NCBI GenBank assembly: GCA_030390025.1
Contig: CM059437.1
Coordinates: forward strand, 72,168,001 to 72,232,000
Reading direction: 5' to 3'
Length of the DNA stretch: 64,000 nucleotides
Source of the DNA: Squalus acanthias
Lineage: Eukaryota
The notes beneath the pieces are model-generated. The model saw nothing but the letters and a program-made list of their open reading frames with translations, made no database searches and was not told the DNA's origin. This document shows, one piece after another, positions 1 to 11,108 of the stretch. Position numbers and translations under genes: made by a program. Numbering within the stretch: position 1 is the stretch's first letter; the number at the start of each line of letters is the position of its first letter.

Positions 1-975
1 GGATGGCTACAGCATAGGGATTCAGCAGCAAAAAAGGTGAAAGGTTAAGGGTTGGTTATGTAAATACAGGCCTGTAGGTAGGTTTTGTTTATAGAACTGC
101 ACTGGATGTATTTTTCATTCAAATTTCACCGTAGGAGTTTTGATTGTGGCGTTCCACTACATTTTCAATTTTTTTTGTAGTATTTTAAGTTGCTTGAAAT
201 GTGTCCTTTTATGGGCAGTGTTTACGTACTCATTGTATTATTATGGTCTGCATGTTTCTTCAGAATATTAAATATACATTCTGTCCTTTCACTCCCGTAT
301 GTTTCCCGCTCGAACAGTCATCTACCTACCCAACAGGCACTGCACTTCAAACTAATTCAGTTAAATGAAGCACTCGGAGAATTCGCAATCCAAAATGGTG
401 CTATAAAATGATAAGTACTATTTATTAATATTCACTTCCCATTCTGTCTATAACACTGTCTGTGGAAAGCCACTTTACTCCTATGAACCAAGTGATGACC
501 TTTTCTAACTGTTCACCAGTTGAGATAGGGATGAATTGCGACACTGAAATGAGTTGAATAACTAAAATTGGAAGTTGACAGACAAGGCTGAACACAGCAG
601 TTGTGAGTGATCACTCAAACACTCAGATTTCGTACAGTTCGGTTATTAGTGAAATAAACAACCGAGTGCACTAGCTGTTATAAACATCCCCAAACACCTA
701 GAATCAACAACCTCCATTAAAATCACCAAAAATTAAATATCTTTAAACATTTAGCAAAAAATACCTGCCCAGATAAGAGGGGGAAAAATGACCATGTGTT
801 ACTGCTGTTCCTTCAATAGACAACAAGCACCAGCTCTAGTAGGACACTGGCCTCATGTACATAAAGCAGAATGGCTGGGCACGGAACTTACATTGTGTGT
901 TATATGTTCCATTGCATATGTATGATTCTTAAGAAAAAAAAGTAGCATATGTTTGCAATAATTAGCATTCCCACG

Positions 976-1625
976 CTAGGGAGGGTGGGGGAAATCAGCC
1001 AGGTTTCTCGCTCCTTCTTGAGAAGTGCACACCTGCGGATGTCTGGTGAGCACAGAATCGGCTCTTATTGGTTGAATGGCTTGTTGGCACTCACTGTCCA
1101 GGCTCATACATGAAGTACGGCAGATTGGGTGGGACACCTGAAGGCTGCGACTGCCTGTGCAACCGTGGGATACCAGAATGCGGTCTCTGCCTGTAACCGT
1201 GGGATACCAGAATGCGGTCTCTGCCTGTAACCGTGGGATACCAGAATGTGGTATCTGCCTGTAGCCATGGGATACCAGAATGCGGTCTCTGCCTGTAACC
1301 GTGGGATACCAGAATGCTGTCTCTGTCTGTAACCATGGGATACCAGAATGCTGTCTCTGCCTGTAACCGTGGGATACCAGAATGCGGTCTCTGCCTGTAA
1401 CCGTGGGATACCAGAATGCGGTATCTGCCTGTAACCATTGGATACCAGAATGCTGTCTCTGCCTGTAACCGTGGGATACCAGAATGCGGTCTCTGCCTGT
1501 AACCGTGGGATACCAGAATGTGGTCTCTGCCTGTAACCGTGGGATACCAGAATGCTGTCTCTGCTTGTGTAACTGCACCCTATTGAAACAGAATTCATTC
1601 AGGAGGAGGAAATGGGGGGAAAAAA
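976..1625 (+). mobile_element. Deu-domain SINE (SacSINE1-like), interrupted by a minisatellite
   Basis: Contains gggaaatcagccagg...cactcactgtccaggctcatacatgaag, recognised as Deu-SINE core. The SINE tail (cattcaggaggagga...) resumes after about 1570. Confidence 0.65.
1161..1568. repeat. 34-bp minisatellite, 12 copies
   Basis: Unit aaccgtgggataccagaatgcggtctctgcctgt repeats with period 34 (starts 1161, 1195, ... 1501, 1535). Confidence 0.97.
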
Positions 1626-2334
1626 TTAAAAATTAAATTTTAAAACAGGGGGAAGAAGCATATCACACAGTGCAGTAGTCTGAACTGTGGATAAACTGCA
1701 AATTGATCCTAGCCGATAGTCCAAATAGCTTTCAGTGCTCTATCCAGTTCAGCACTTAGCCATGACACACAGCCAAACTGGATAGATTTTAATAATGAGT
1801 CACTGTGGATTCTTAGATGTCAAATTCAATAAATATTTTAGAAAGCTGAGGTACTCCAATTCCCTGAAAGTGACTTTTTCTTTTCTTCCTTTCAAAATTG
1901 CCATTTTAAACTGCAAGGCATAAAAATACTCTTGGGAATAACAGAATAAAAATAGACTGCCAGAATTAGACTCCAAGAATCTCCACCAAAGGCATTCAGG
2001 TAATGAGGACATGTTTAGAAGCATGTGGGATTAAAATATTGTAGAGTGCAGTAAAGTAGGTCCTTTAAAAGTTCTGAAGCTCTTTACTTGAAAAAGACTC
2101 ATGAATCTGATGAGAGAGGTGGAGCAATTGATGATTAAAGCACAACCCACTTTATTTTCCAATTTTCACCCCTCATCATCTGAAGTCAGTAACTCACACA
2201 AAGGGCAGCCTGCAGCATCTCACTCAATCATGTCCTCAACTGACGTACTTTTCTCGGCAAGGATTTTGTGCTTCCCTAAAAGGGGCACTGAGGCCAATCA
2301 CAGCACAGACTGAGGGTCAAACTGGAGACGACAC

Positions 2335-2700
2335 TACAACAACAACAACTTGCACTTATATAGCACCTTTAAAGTAGAGAAACATTCCAAGGTGCTTCAC
2401 AGAAGCGTAATTAGACAAAAATGGACACCGAACCAAAGAAGGAGATATTCGGAAGGATGACCAAAAGCTTGGTCAAAGAGGTGGGTTTTAAAGAGGGTCT
2501 TAAAGGAACAGAGGGAGGTGGATAGGCAGAGGGGTTGATGGAGCGAATTCCAAAGCGTGGGGCTTAAATGGCTGGAAGTGCAGCCGCAAATGATGGGACG
2601 AAGGAAGGGGAAAGATATACAAAAGGCCAGAGTCAGAGGACCAGAGAGTTTAGGGGATGGGGGGGCTGTAGGGCTGGAGGAGTTCACATAGATAGGAAGG
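2335..2700 (-). mobile_element. L2 LINE 3' fragment
   Basis: Minus-strand peptide PTLWNSL...FKTLFKTHLFDQAF and (ttg)n tail. Confidence 0.85.
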
Positions 2701-2704
2701 AGGA

Positions 2705-2894
2705 AAGTAAATTCACCCACTGAGCTTGTAGATTTCTTACAGTTTTCTCTCAATAGAATTTTCATTTTTCCTTTTAAGTTAACTTAAACTCCAAAATAAT
2801 GTTTAAATCCTGTGCGTCAATTCCATAAGAAAAATGAAAATTCTATTGAGAGAAAACTGTAAGAAATCTACAGGCTCAGTGGGTGAATTTACTT
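2705..2894. repeat. 66-bp near-perfect inverted repeat (fold-back/MITE-like)
   Basis: 2705-2770 is the reverse complement of 2829-2894 with one mismatch; spacer about 58 bp. Confidence 0.9.
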
Positions 2895-2982
2895 CCCCGC
2901 CCCACTACACACAGCACAGAAATCAGTTATTATGCAATGTAACCATTTTAAAAACAAGCCAAATCCATTTGAAAAACACGTT

Positions 2983-3168
2983 GGGGTAAAGATTCATCTT
3001 GGGCGGTAACGCAAAACAGGCGGTATCACATCGACCGCCTGATATACATACCACCCAATATTCAGTCCATTTGCAGTCAATAAAATTGGAGATCAGGCGA
3101 TGAGTATAACAGGCGGTCGATCCGATACCGCCTGTTCTGTGCTCCAGCCTAAGGTTAACTTCTACCCC
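2983..3168. mobile_element. Palindromic MITE, Harbinger-like GGGGTA termini
   Basis: ggggtaaa...acaggcggtatcacatcgaccgcctg is mirrored by caggcggtcgatccgataccgcctgt...ttctacccc. Confidence 0.7.
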
Positions 3169-3385
3169 TTTACCTTTACTCTGCCTATAAAGGACAACTG
3201 CTCGTGGAAAAAAAGCTGCAAAGTACCATTTTGTGTTCCGGAGTGCAAGTTTAGGCCGCTCTCCAGTCAGCAACAAGAAGAGTTTCAAAGTTTACCCTTT
3301 CCAACGTACATCTGTAAAAACTAGTCAGGTTCACATTTTCTTTTTTACGAGCTACAAATGCAGGTCAGATTCAGATTGTGAATGC

Positions 3386-3680
3386 GAGTCAGGTTCACAC
3401 CCTTCCATGTACGGGCTGTGAACGCAAGTCAGATTCACACCCTTCCATGTACGGGCTGTCAACACGAGTCAGATTCACACCCTTCCATGTACGGGCTGTG
3501 AACGAGAGTCAGATTCACACCCTTCCATGTACGGGCTGTCAACACGAGTCAGATTCACACCCTTCCATGTATGGGCTGTCAACACGAGTCAGATTCACAC
3601 CCTTCCATGTACGGGCTGTGAATGAGAGTCAGATTCACACTCTTCCATGCATGGGCTGTGAATGAGAGTCAGATTCACAC
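3386..3680. repeat. 40-bp minisatellite, about 7.4 copies
   Basis: Unit gagtcagattcacacccttccatgtacgggctgt(g/c)aac.., period 40. Confidence 0.95.
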
Positions 3681-4099
3681 TATTGTTGAGGATCGGGAAG
3701 TTGGTAATCTACCCCCATGGAAATAAAAATCAGGCAGTTTCTAGAACAGACGGCTGATCTGCAACACCAGTTTTACACCTGGGGCAACAAGTTGAAAATC
3801 TGCCCCATGGCAGCCAAGTGCCAGCTTGCCTCAGTGGCCAGCCTCTCTCACAGGTTCCCCCCAACTATACCCTCCCTCACCTACACAGGTCAGGCCTATC
3901 ACTGGTAAAGAGAAAGGTTAGAAGAAAGATGAAAAGAATGTTGTCCAACATCTACATGTTTAAATACCCGTGCAAGTCAAAACTGGTTTCCATATCCCTA
4001 TCAATACTGCTTATTACATGCGGTCATGTAGTGGCTCACACTGATTTTCTTGCTCCCAATGTTCTCCTTGCTGGATGGCAATGTCTCATGCTGGGGTAC

Positions 4100-4460
4100 A
4101 GTTCCACATGCACTAGCTGCCCTCCAGTACCTCACACAAATGTCCCACTTCATGCATGAGCCTTGATGTGTGAATAGTCTATTCAACTGTAGTACATAAA
4201 CAGCCAAGCCCAGTCCTGCTCTCATTCAACATCCCATACGTGTACTTTCCAGTTGGGGGTAACTGGACAGCGATCAGGAGTAGATACATTATCTAGATTT
4301 TTTCCCCCTCTGCCTAGTCTAAGGGCAGAGAAGGCAGTTACTTGTAGAGTCTGGTTGAGATCAACTAACTCAGCATATACAATGATGGAACCTGGCAGCT
4401 TTCTATTGTACTTGATTCAGTACCACGCAATCTGCCCATTTTCTCATTGATTCATAGGGG
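4100..4460 (-). mobile_element. Deu-domain SINE, diverged
   Basis: Reverse complement of the same SINE as at 976 (cttcatgcatgagcc...cagccaagcccagtcctgctctca...ctggacagcgatcaggag). Confidence 0.6.
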
Positions 4461-4950
4461 AGCCAATCTGGTTTAGGTCTTCATTGAATGTTAATACAAA
4501 AGGGATGATAATTAACCCTTCAGTGGTCTGTTTAGGATAATTGAAATTATCCTGAGTTTTATAGTGCTGAAAATTACAGATAAGCAGCTCAGATAATACA
4601 AACGTATTATTTAATTAGAATAAAACAGTTTTTAAAAGATAACGTGCAGTGCTGAAAGTTGGGTCAGGATCACAATGCACATTCGCACTCTCACATGCAA
4701 AGTGCCTTCTGACTGGACATTTGCAGCTTATTCAAATGAAATAATCTAATAAATTCAAGTGGGTGCAATCAAACGAAGCAATAAGCAAATGCATGTAACA
4801 AGATATATAACATTAAAACAACCGGTTTTATTTTCCTCTGAAAGCACTAACTATTTGTTCCACAACATTTTCCAAAACCCCTTTTATTCAGCCCTTCTAG
4901 AGATCATTTTCTGAATTAACATTCCTGTCAAGTGGTGTAAAAAAACTTAC

Positions 4951-5012
4951 CGCCTTCAGCAACTTTCAGCTCGCAGTCCATATAATCAAACATCTCCACT
5001 GTAAGCTGGAAG
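4951..5012 (-). CDS. hip1r: HIP1R coding exon 7 (62 nt)
   Basis: tgttgcag|CTTC...GGCG|gtaagt; translates FQLTVEMFDYMDCELKVAEG. The YMDCELK motif matches HIP1R rather than HIP1 (YLECELN). Confidence 0.95.
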
Positions 5013-5160
5013 CTGCAACAACATTATTTTAAAATCTTAATGTTGGGTCGACAACAAAACAAATTAAAATGAATGCCAACTTTTCCATATGCATCTAATT
5101 ATTAAGCAGAATCGCAGCAGAAAGTTGATTACCTACAACAGAAACAAGATGGCTGATGGC

Positions 5161-5642
5161 CCAGCCCACCCACGTACACACACCCTCCCTCCCCGACCCA
5201 GGACACGCCCACCCACCCACACACACACCCACCCTCCCTCCCACACCAATCCAGGGCCCACCCACCCTCCCTCCCTCCCCGACCCAGGGCACGCCCGCCC
5301 ACCCTCCCTCCCACACCAATCCAGGGCCCACCCACCCTCCCTCCCTCCCCGACCCAGGGCACGCCCACCCACCCACACACACACCCACCCACCCTCCCTC
5401 CCCGATCCAGGACACGCCCACCCACCCACACACACACCCACCCTCCCTCCCTCCCTGACCCAGGGCACGCCCACCCACCCACACACACACACACCCTCCC
5501 TCCCTCCCACACCAATCCAGGGCTCACCCACCCACACAACCTCCCACACCCCCAGCACCCAACCACACCCATCCACCCACCCGTTCACACTCATCCAGTA
5601 CCCACCAACCCCCACCCCCCCAACTCCCAGGGCCCACCACCC
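5161..5642. repeat. C-rich compound minisatellite (G-rich on the transcribed strand)
   Basis: Alternating units ccctccctccccgacccagggcacgcccacccacccacacacac and ccacaccaatccagggcccacc. It produces the spurious P/H/T-rich and G/W/V-rich ORFs. Confidence 0.95.
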
Positions 5643-6594
5643 ATAGTCATTTCTAGTCGTTTTTCAAAATAAAATCCCAATTTTGAACAGAAAGCAACTT
5701 ACCCTCCCCTATAATAAAATATTCAGTATTGATAACTGAAGCCATGCAGGAATTATTTCTCGAGCATCATTTGGCACAGGCTGACACACAGAGACAGCCA
5801 AGCCCACCACTGCACCTTCCTCCGGCCGAGAGGGAGACAGAGCCTGTGCACACTACCCCACAAAGGACCTTATTATCGGGCACGTGAACAACTATTTAAA
5901 AAAATAATTAAAACATGCACATATGGTGGTGCTAACAACACCGCTCAGCAAAGAAATAACCCACCGAGACATTGGAGGAGCCATTGTTTCAATCTATTAA
6001 AGACAGTTGTGTGCACCTGGTCGAATCCTTCTTAATGTCAGACAGTCACTGCAATAAAGTTGACTTCAGATGAAGACAGCCTGACCTATGCACTCAACCA
6101 CTACAGTCATTCCCAGTATAGTGAACTCATCATCCAGGTTACCAAAAACATTCACAATTATACACACACACAAAAAAATCAAAATACAGGCAAAAACAGT
6201 CAGCATGCCTTTAGTAATAAGGGATCATTCACACCTTACAAATGTCTTGGATTTCATTGAAGACATGGCTTTAATCTGAAGTGCCCATTAAGTCAGTGGG
6301 TGGTGGATGCTATGGACACTTTTATATTTGGTGCTTCTGTAGTCTGGATTATGGGAGTGCAATATCTCTGAGCTGCTATTCTGCTATTACATTTGGAGTG
6401 GGGAGCTAGTCTCTCCTATTATACAAAGCCCCATAGACTGCAAGCACAAGATACAGGCTCACTGCCTTTATGTTACTAAAAGCAGCTCCTTTATTCCAAT
6501 AGCAAAATACTGCGGATGCTGGAAATCCGAAATAACAACAGAAAACGCTGGAAAAACTCAGCGGGCCAGACAACATCCGTGGAGAGAGAAAGAG

Positions 6595-6631
6595 AGTTAA
6601 CGTTTCAGGTCGATGACCTTTCGTCAGAACT
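6595..6631 (-). ncRNA. Minimal type I hammerhead ribozyme motif
   Basis: AGUU-CUGACGA-a-AGGUC-auc-GACCU-GAAA-CG-UU/AACU: intact core, stem II, palindromic ACGU stem III, 4-bp stem I. Confidence 0.75.
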
Positions 6632-6766
6632 GGGAAGAGCCGGAAATCAAATAGATTTAAGGCTAGGCTCTTAATGTCTCTTCATCTCCCCCTTTGTTCC
6701 TTTATCCCCTCCCCCTTTTCCCAGCTTTACCCTGGCCTTAAATCTATTTGATTTCCGGCTCTTCCC

Positions 6767-6803
6767 AGTTCTGACGAAAGGTCATCGACCTGAAACGTTA
6801 ACT
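6767..6803 (+). ncRNA. Minimal type I hammerhead ribozyme motif
   Basis: Same 37-nt motif on the + strand: agtt ctgacga a aggtc atc gacct gaaa cg tt aact. Confidence 0.75.
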
Positions 6804-7109
6804 CTCTTTCTCTCTCCACGGATGTGGTCTGGCCCGCTGAGTTTTTCCAGCGTTTTCTGTTGTTATTTCCTTTATTCCAATGGCAGGATCACAGACCCAC
6901 ATATTCGTGGGTCCATGATGCCATCAGGAACAAGGAGCCATGCTTGTTTGCACCCTTTTGTGCAGTCGACACAAAGACTGGATCTTCCCCCATCAGCTGC
7001 ACTCAATGTATAAGCAGTTTCGTTTCAGAAAGGGGGATCACAGCACACTTTCCGTGACGGTGATGGCTCATGAAATAAATATGGAACCAACTAAAAAACA
7101 AGGTGGCAA

Positions 7110-7980
7110 TAAATGGCCATGGGTTATGGTGGGGAATAATGACTAGCAGAGTTTACACGTGTCTGTACTTGGTCCTGTGCTATTTCACTACCTTTATGAA
7201 TAATCTAGAAGCGATCAACATTAATATTTACAAATTTTACACCAACTGTACCAAGTGGAGCCAAGTCCATTAATACTCAAAAGAGACTCAGTACTTGGAG
7301 CAAAGACTGACCAAAAGACACTTTTACAACGTCAAGAGGGTCCTGGGGAAACAGATTTGAAATGGCGTCCTGCACGCTGAGCAGCAAGTGGAGGACAGTA
7401 GCTCCCAATCAGAAGACCAGAGACTTAGGATTTCAATCCCAAATAAATGGAAAGAATGGGGCTCCATACTTTTTGTTTTAAATAGGACCTGGAAACAGCT
7501 CACAAGAAATGTGGGTTTCCAATGCCATCAGATCTCTGAAGGTAATATTCTTTATATTAGAGTGCTAATTACTGCCGAATTGCCATGCACCTGCCGTGAC
7601 GGCACTCCTTTAATGCGAAACCACCATTAGTGTGTACAATGACAAGTATTGCATTTAGCTGCGATAGTCATGATCTCAATATAGGGTAATTATTGTGTAG
7701 TCGGAAAATATCTGCAGTATTATGGACTGGTCCTCGAAAATATCCATTCACAGCGCAATACGAATCAAGAGTGTTAGGACACAAGAGAAGCGTAGAGTGC
7801 AGGTTCGAGCGGGTAATGTTAATGGTATCATTTGTCAGCTCACTCACTTAGAAAATTGCATCCAGTTCTTGTTAACTTACCTCCAAAAAGAGAACAATGC
7901 TCTACAGAAAGTACAAAGAATAATGATAAGGATGATCCCAAGACTCAAAAAACTTTTGGTGGGTATATTTTCCTTCGGTC
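7110..7980 (+). mobile_element. Highly decayed CR1 LINE fragments
   Basis: Degenerate RT-region DNA (gtacttggtcctgtgctattt) and peptide HLENCIQF...ALQKVQRIMIRMIPRL. Confidence 0.55.
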
Positions 7981-8881
7981 GCTAATCTGAACGAATAAGT
8001 TTCCTAATTTTATACATGTGCTGACTTTTTCCACTGGCATTAGAAACCAGCTGGAAGTATAGCCGTTTGTGAAGCTAGAATAATAAGCAACTTTCACTTT
8101 TCTACTTCTACCAAAGTATCCTTGGCATCCAAACCACCTCTTGTATAAACTGGATGAATGCTGCACTTGAATGGAGCAAGAGTCACACTGAAATAAATTT
8201 GGAGGTAGCACAGTGCAATCAGACGCACATTCTCCTTCTGGTGCTCCAATATGTGCAGAAGCCACGCTGGAATGTACAGTGAGTATGCACCATCCATACC
8301 AGCAACGGAGACACTCTGCAGACACATTAAAACATAAAAATAGGACTATTCAACAGAGTCCACAACCTGAATTTCATTCACCTAATACTCCAATGTAAAC
8401 AGGGTATTATGGAGCTCACACTATATATATATATATATATTGGCAAACTATTTTACTTTTTGAAAAATGAGGGAGCGATTTCAAGGTCAGGAACTAATCT
8501 CAGGATTTATAAAGCATTCATAAATCACCGGAGATCTGCTCACAGTTCAGGGCATTATTGAAACTACTTAAAGAGATTCCAACCACATCATTTAATTTGA
8601 GAATTAGCAAAACAGATGAACTAGGTTGGTGTTAAAAATATAGCAACTTAGTCATGTTACAAATTTACAAAAATACTCCTTCAATCACATCTGGGCCAAG
8701 TATTCATGGTCGATAAGGATTCACATATATTCTGGCCACTCCCGTCAGGAAGGTAAAGATTCTCTGAAATTGGAACACGCTTGCAAATCCAGGAGGGATT
8801 GAGTTACCCGCCGAATACGAGTCCCTTCAGACCAATTAAGAGCATCATGATCAAAACATTCCGTGACCTGGTCAGACTTAC

Positions 8882-8958
8882 ATGTTGTTTACATCTGTGC
8901 CAGAAGCTTTATCCAGCGTTTCATCAGTCACCTCCAGATTTGGTGGGAACTCTGGATG
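8882..8958 (-). CDS. hip1r: HIP1R coding exon 6 (77 nt)
   Basis: tgctttgcacag|CAT...AACAT|gtaagt; translates HPEFPPNLEVTDETLDKASGTDVNN(I) versus HIP1R HPQFPAGLEVTDEVLEKAAGTDVNNI. Confidence 0.94.
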
Positions 8959-9685
8959 CTGTGCAAAGCAAAAGCAGAAAAGAAAACTGATCAGAAAATG
9001 TCCTTATTTGGGTGTCGATATATATCCGATTGGATTCCGCCCTCTCCCAGTTAGTTAGAATTCTAAAGAATGGAAATCTATTTCCTTCTCGTTTATTGAA
9101 TTAAATTTAGCAATAACTCTATGGAGAAAATTGCATCCTATCTCCTTGATCACCTCTGCCTATTACTTTTCTCAGTGCCTCTCACTGGCACCATTTCATG
9201 ACTCCTCCACTATTCTGGTTTGATTGCGGGTCGGGAGAAGCACCCCTGCTCCTCCCAGCTCCACGTTCAGGTTAAGTATATTTTAAATACTTACCTTGTT
9301 GGTTGCAGCCTGCAGCAGACCCTTCAAGGACCGCCTGTTAGGCTGCATGTTGACATGGTTTTCCTGAACGCAGCCAGCCCAGCACTGGCTGCGCTCAGGC
9401 CAACCCAATATTGCAGAGGTGGGGGGGGGGGGGGCTTCAAACAGGTATTAGGCCCCTTATTTGAATATGCAAAGGGTTTACGCTGGTTTTAGGTGCAGGC
9501 TCTGGACACAGTTCTTTTCCCTCCACCAATATGAAGGGCAGCGCACTTCCAGCTCATAACTAGCGTGCATTTCCTGCCTGCCATATTGAAGGATTAGGAG
9601 GCCATTTAGCGCCCGTTCGTGGTCGAATTTCTTGGCATTTGGATCTCTCAAAGTGTAGTGGGCTGGGTTTCAGTGAGCACAGATA

Positions 9686-10200
9686 GTAAAACGTCCCAAG
9701 GCACTTCACAGGAGTGTTATCAAACAAAATTTGACACCGAGCCACATAAGGAGATATTGGGGCAGATGACCAAGAGCTTGGTCAAAGAGGTAGGTTTTAA
9801 GGAGCGTCTTAAAGGAGGAAAGAGAGGTAGCGAGGCGGAGAGGTTTAGGCAGGGAATTCCAGAGTTTAGGGCCTTGGCAGCTGAAGGCACGGCCACCGAT
9901 GGTTGAGCGATTATAATCAGGGATACTCAAGAGGGCAGAATTAGAGGAGCGCAGATATCTCGGAGGGTTTTGGGGCTGGAGGAGATTACAGAGATAGGGA
10001 GGGGCGAGGACACGGAAGGATTTGAAAACAAGGATGAGAATTTTAAAATCGAGGCGTTGCTTAACCGGGAGCCCCTGTAGGTCAGCGAGCACAGGGGTGA
10101 TGGGCGAACGGGACTTGGTGCGAGTTCGGACACGGGCAGCAGAGTTTTGGATGACCTCAAGTTTACAGAGGGTAGATCGTGGGAGGCCGGCCAGGAGTGC
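9686..10200 (-). mobile_element. L2 LINE 3' fragment
   Basis: Peptide LLAGLPRSTLCKLEVIQNSAAR...GGRAFSCQGPKLWNSLP...LKTYLFDQA. Confidence 0.92.
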
Positions 10201-10209
10201 AGAAGTGTT

Positions 10210-10500
10210 GGTAACCAGAGGACACAGATTTAAGGTGATTGGCAAAAGATTCAGAAGCCACATGAAGAAACTTTTTTTTTTACACAGCAAGTTCTGATCT
10301 GATATACGCCTCCGGAAAGGGTGGTGGAAGCAGATTTAATCGGAACATTCAAAAGAGAATTGGATAAATACTTGAAGGGAAAAATTTTACAGGTCTCAAG
10401 GGAAGGAGCAGGAGAGTGGGATTAATCAGAGAGCTCGACCAAAGAGCCGGCACAGGCACGATGGGCTGAATGGCCTCTTTCTGTGCTATATCATTCTATG
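10210..10500 (+). mobile_element. CR1 LINE 3' end
   Basis: Peptide TRGHRFKVIGKRF and CR1 tail gggctgaatggcctc...cattctatg. Confidence 0.88.
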
Positions 10501-10669
10501 ACACTGTGTCCTGTAAGCTCTTGCTTGATTTAGTCATTAATGTCATTATATCTGCAGATCTATGTACACAATCTCTGCTTTCACAATTTATCACATGAAC
10601 AGTCATTACTGTAACATGTTTGAATGCATTAATTCAGACCTTTCGGACAAAGCTTAATTACTGAATCTT

Positions 10670-11108
10670 TAAGAACATAAGAAATAGGAGCAGGAGTGGG
10701 CCATCCGGCCCCTTGAGCCTGCTCCACCATTCAATAAGATCATGGCTGATCTTCGACCTCAACTCCTCTTTCCTGCCCGATCCCCATAGCCCTTGATTCC
10801 CTTAGTGTGCAAAAATCTATCGATCTCAGTCTTGAATATACTCAATGTTTCAGCATCCACAACTCTCTGAGGTAGAGAATTCCAAAGATTCACAACCCTC
10901 AGTGAAGAAATGCTTCCTCATCTCAGTCCTAAATGGCTGACACCTTATGCTGAGACTATGCCCCCTAGTTCTAGACTCTCCAGCCAGGGGAAACAACCTC
11001 CCAGCATCTACCCTGTCAAGTCCTCTAACAATTTTTTACATTTCAATGAGATCACCTCTCATTCTTCTAAAGTCCAGAGAATATAGGCCCATTCTACTCA
11101 ATCTCTCT
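10670..11108 (-). mobile_element. CR1 LINE 3' end
   Basis: taagaacataagaaataggagcaggagt... is the reverse-complemented CR1 tail, followed by RT C-terminal sequence. Confidence 0.9.

Larger units (their letters stand above)
6501..6869. mobile_element. Penelope-like terminal-repeat insertion in inverted (fold-back) arrangement, 12-bp TSD
   Basis: Arms 6529-6663 and 6735-6869 are reverse complements (134/135). Flanked by ctttattccaat at 6489-6500 and 6870-6881. Sequence matches the 3' end of the Penelope element at 19811-22148. Confidence 0.88.

Noticed and set aside
1161-1568. CRISPR-like appearance of regularly spaced 34-bp repeats
   Set aside because: Units are head-to-tail with no unique spacers, there are no cas genes, and the context is a vertebrate intron. 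It is a minisatellite.
976-1598. Three overlapping 115-200 aa ORFs
   Set aside because: Artefacts of a stop-free tandem repeat.
1-4950. hip1r exon 8
   Set aside because: No VFRQLN...GQCRLAPLIQ-like coding segment found by eye; probably left of the window.
5089-5646. Pro/His/Thr-rich and Gly/Trp-rich ORFs
   Set aside because: Low-complexity repeat translations with no splice or homology support.
9706-10297. 194-aa ORF as a novel chimeric protein
   Set aside because: Chance read-through from an antisense CR1 tail into an L2 fragment.
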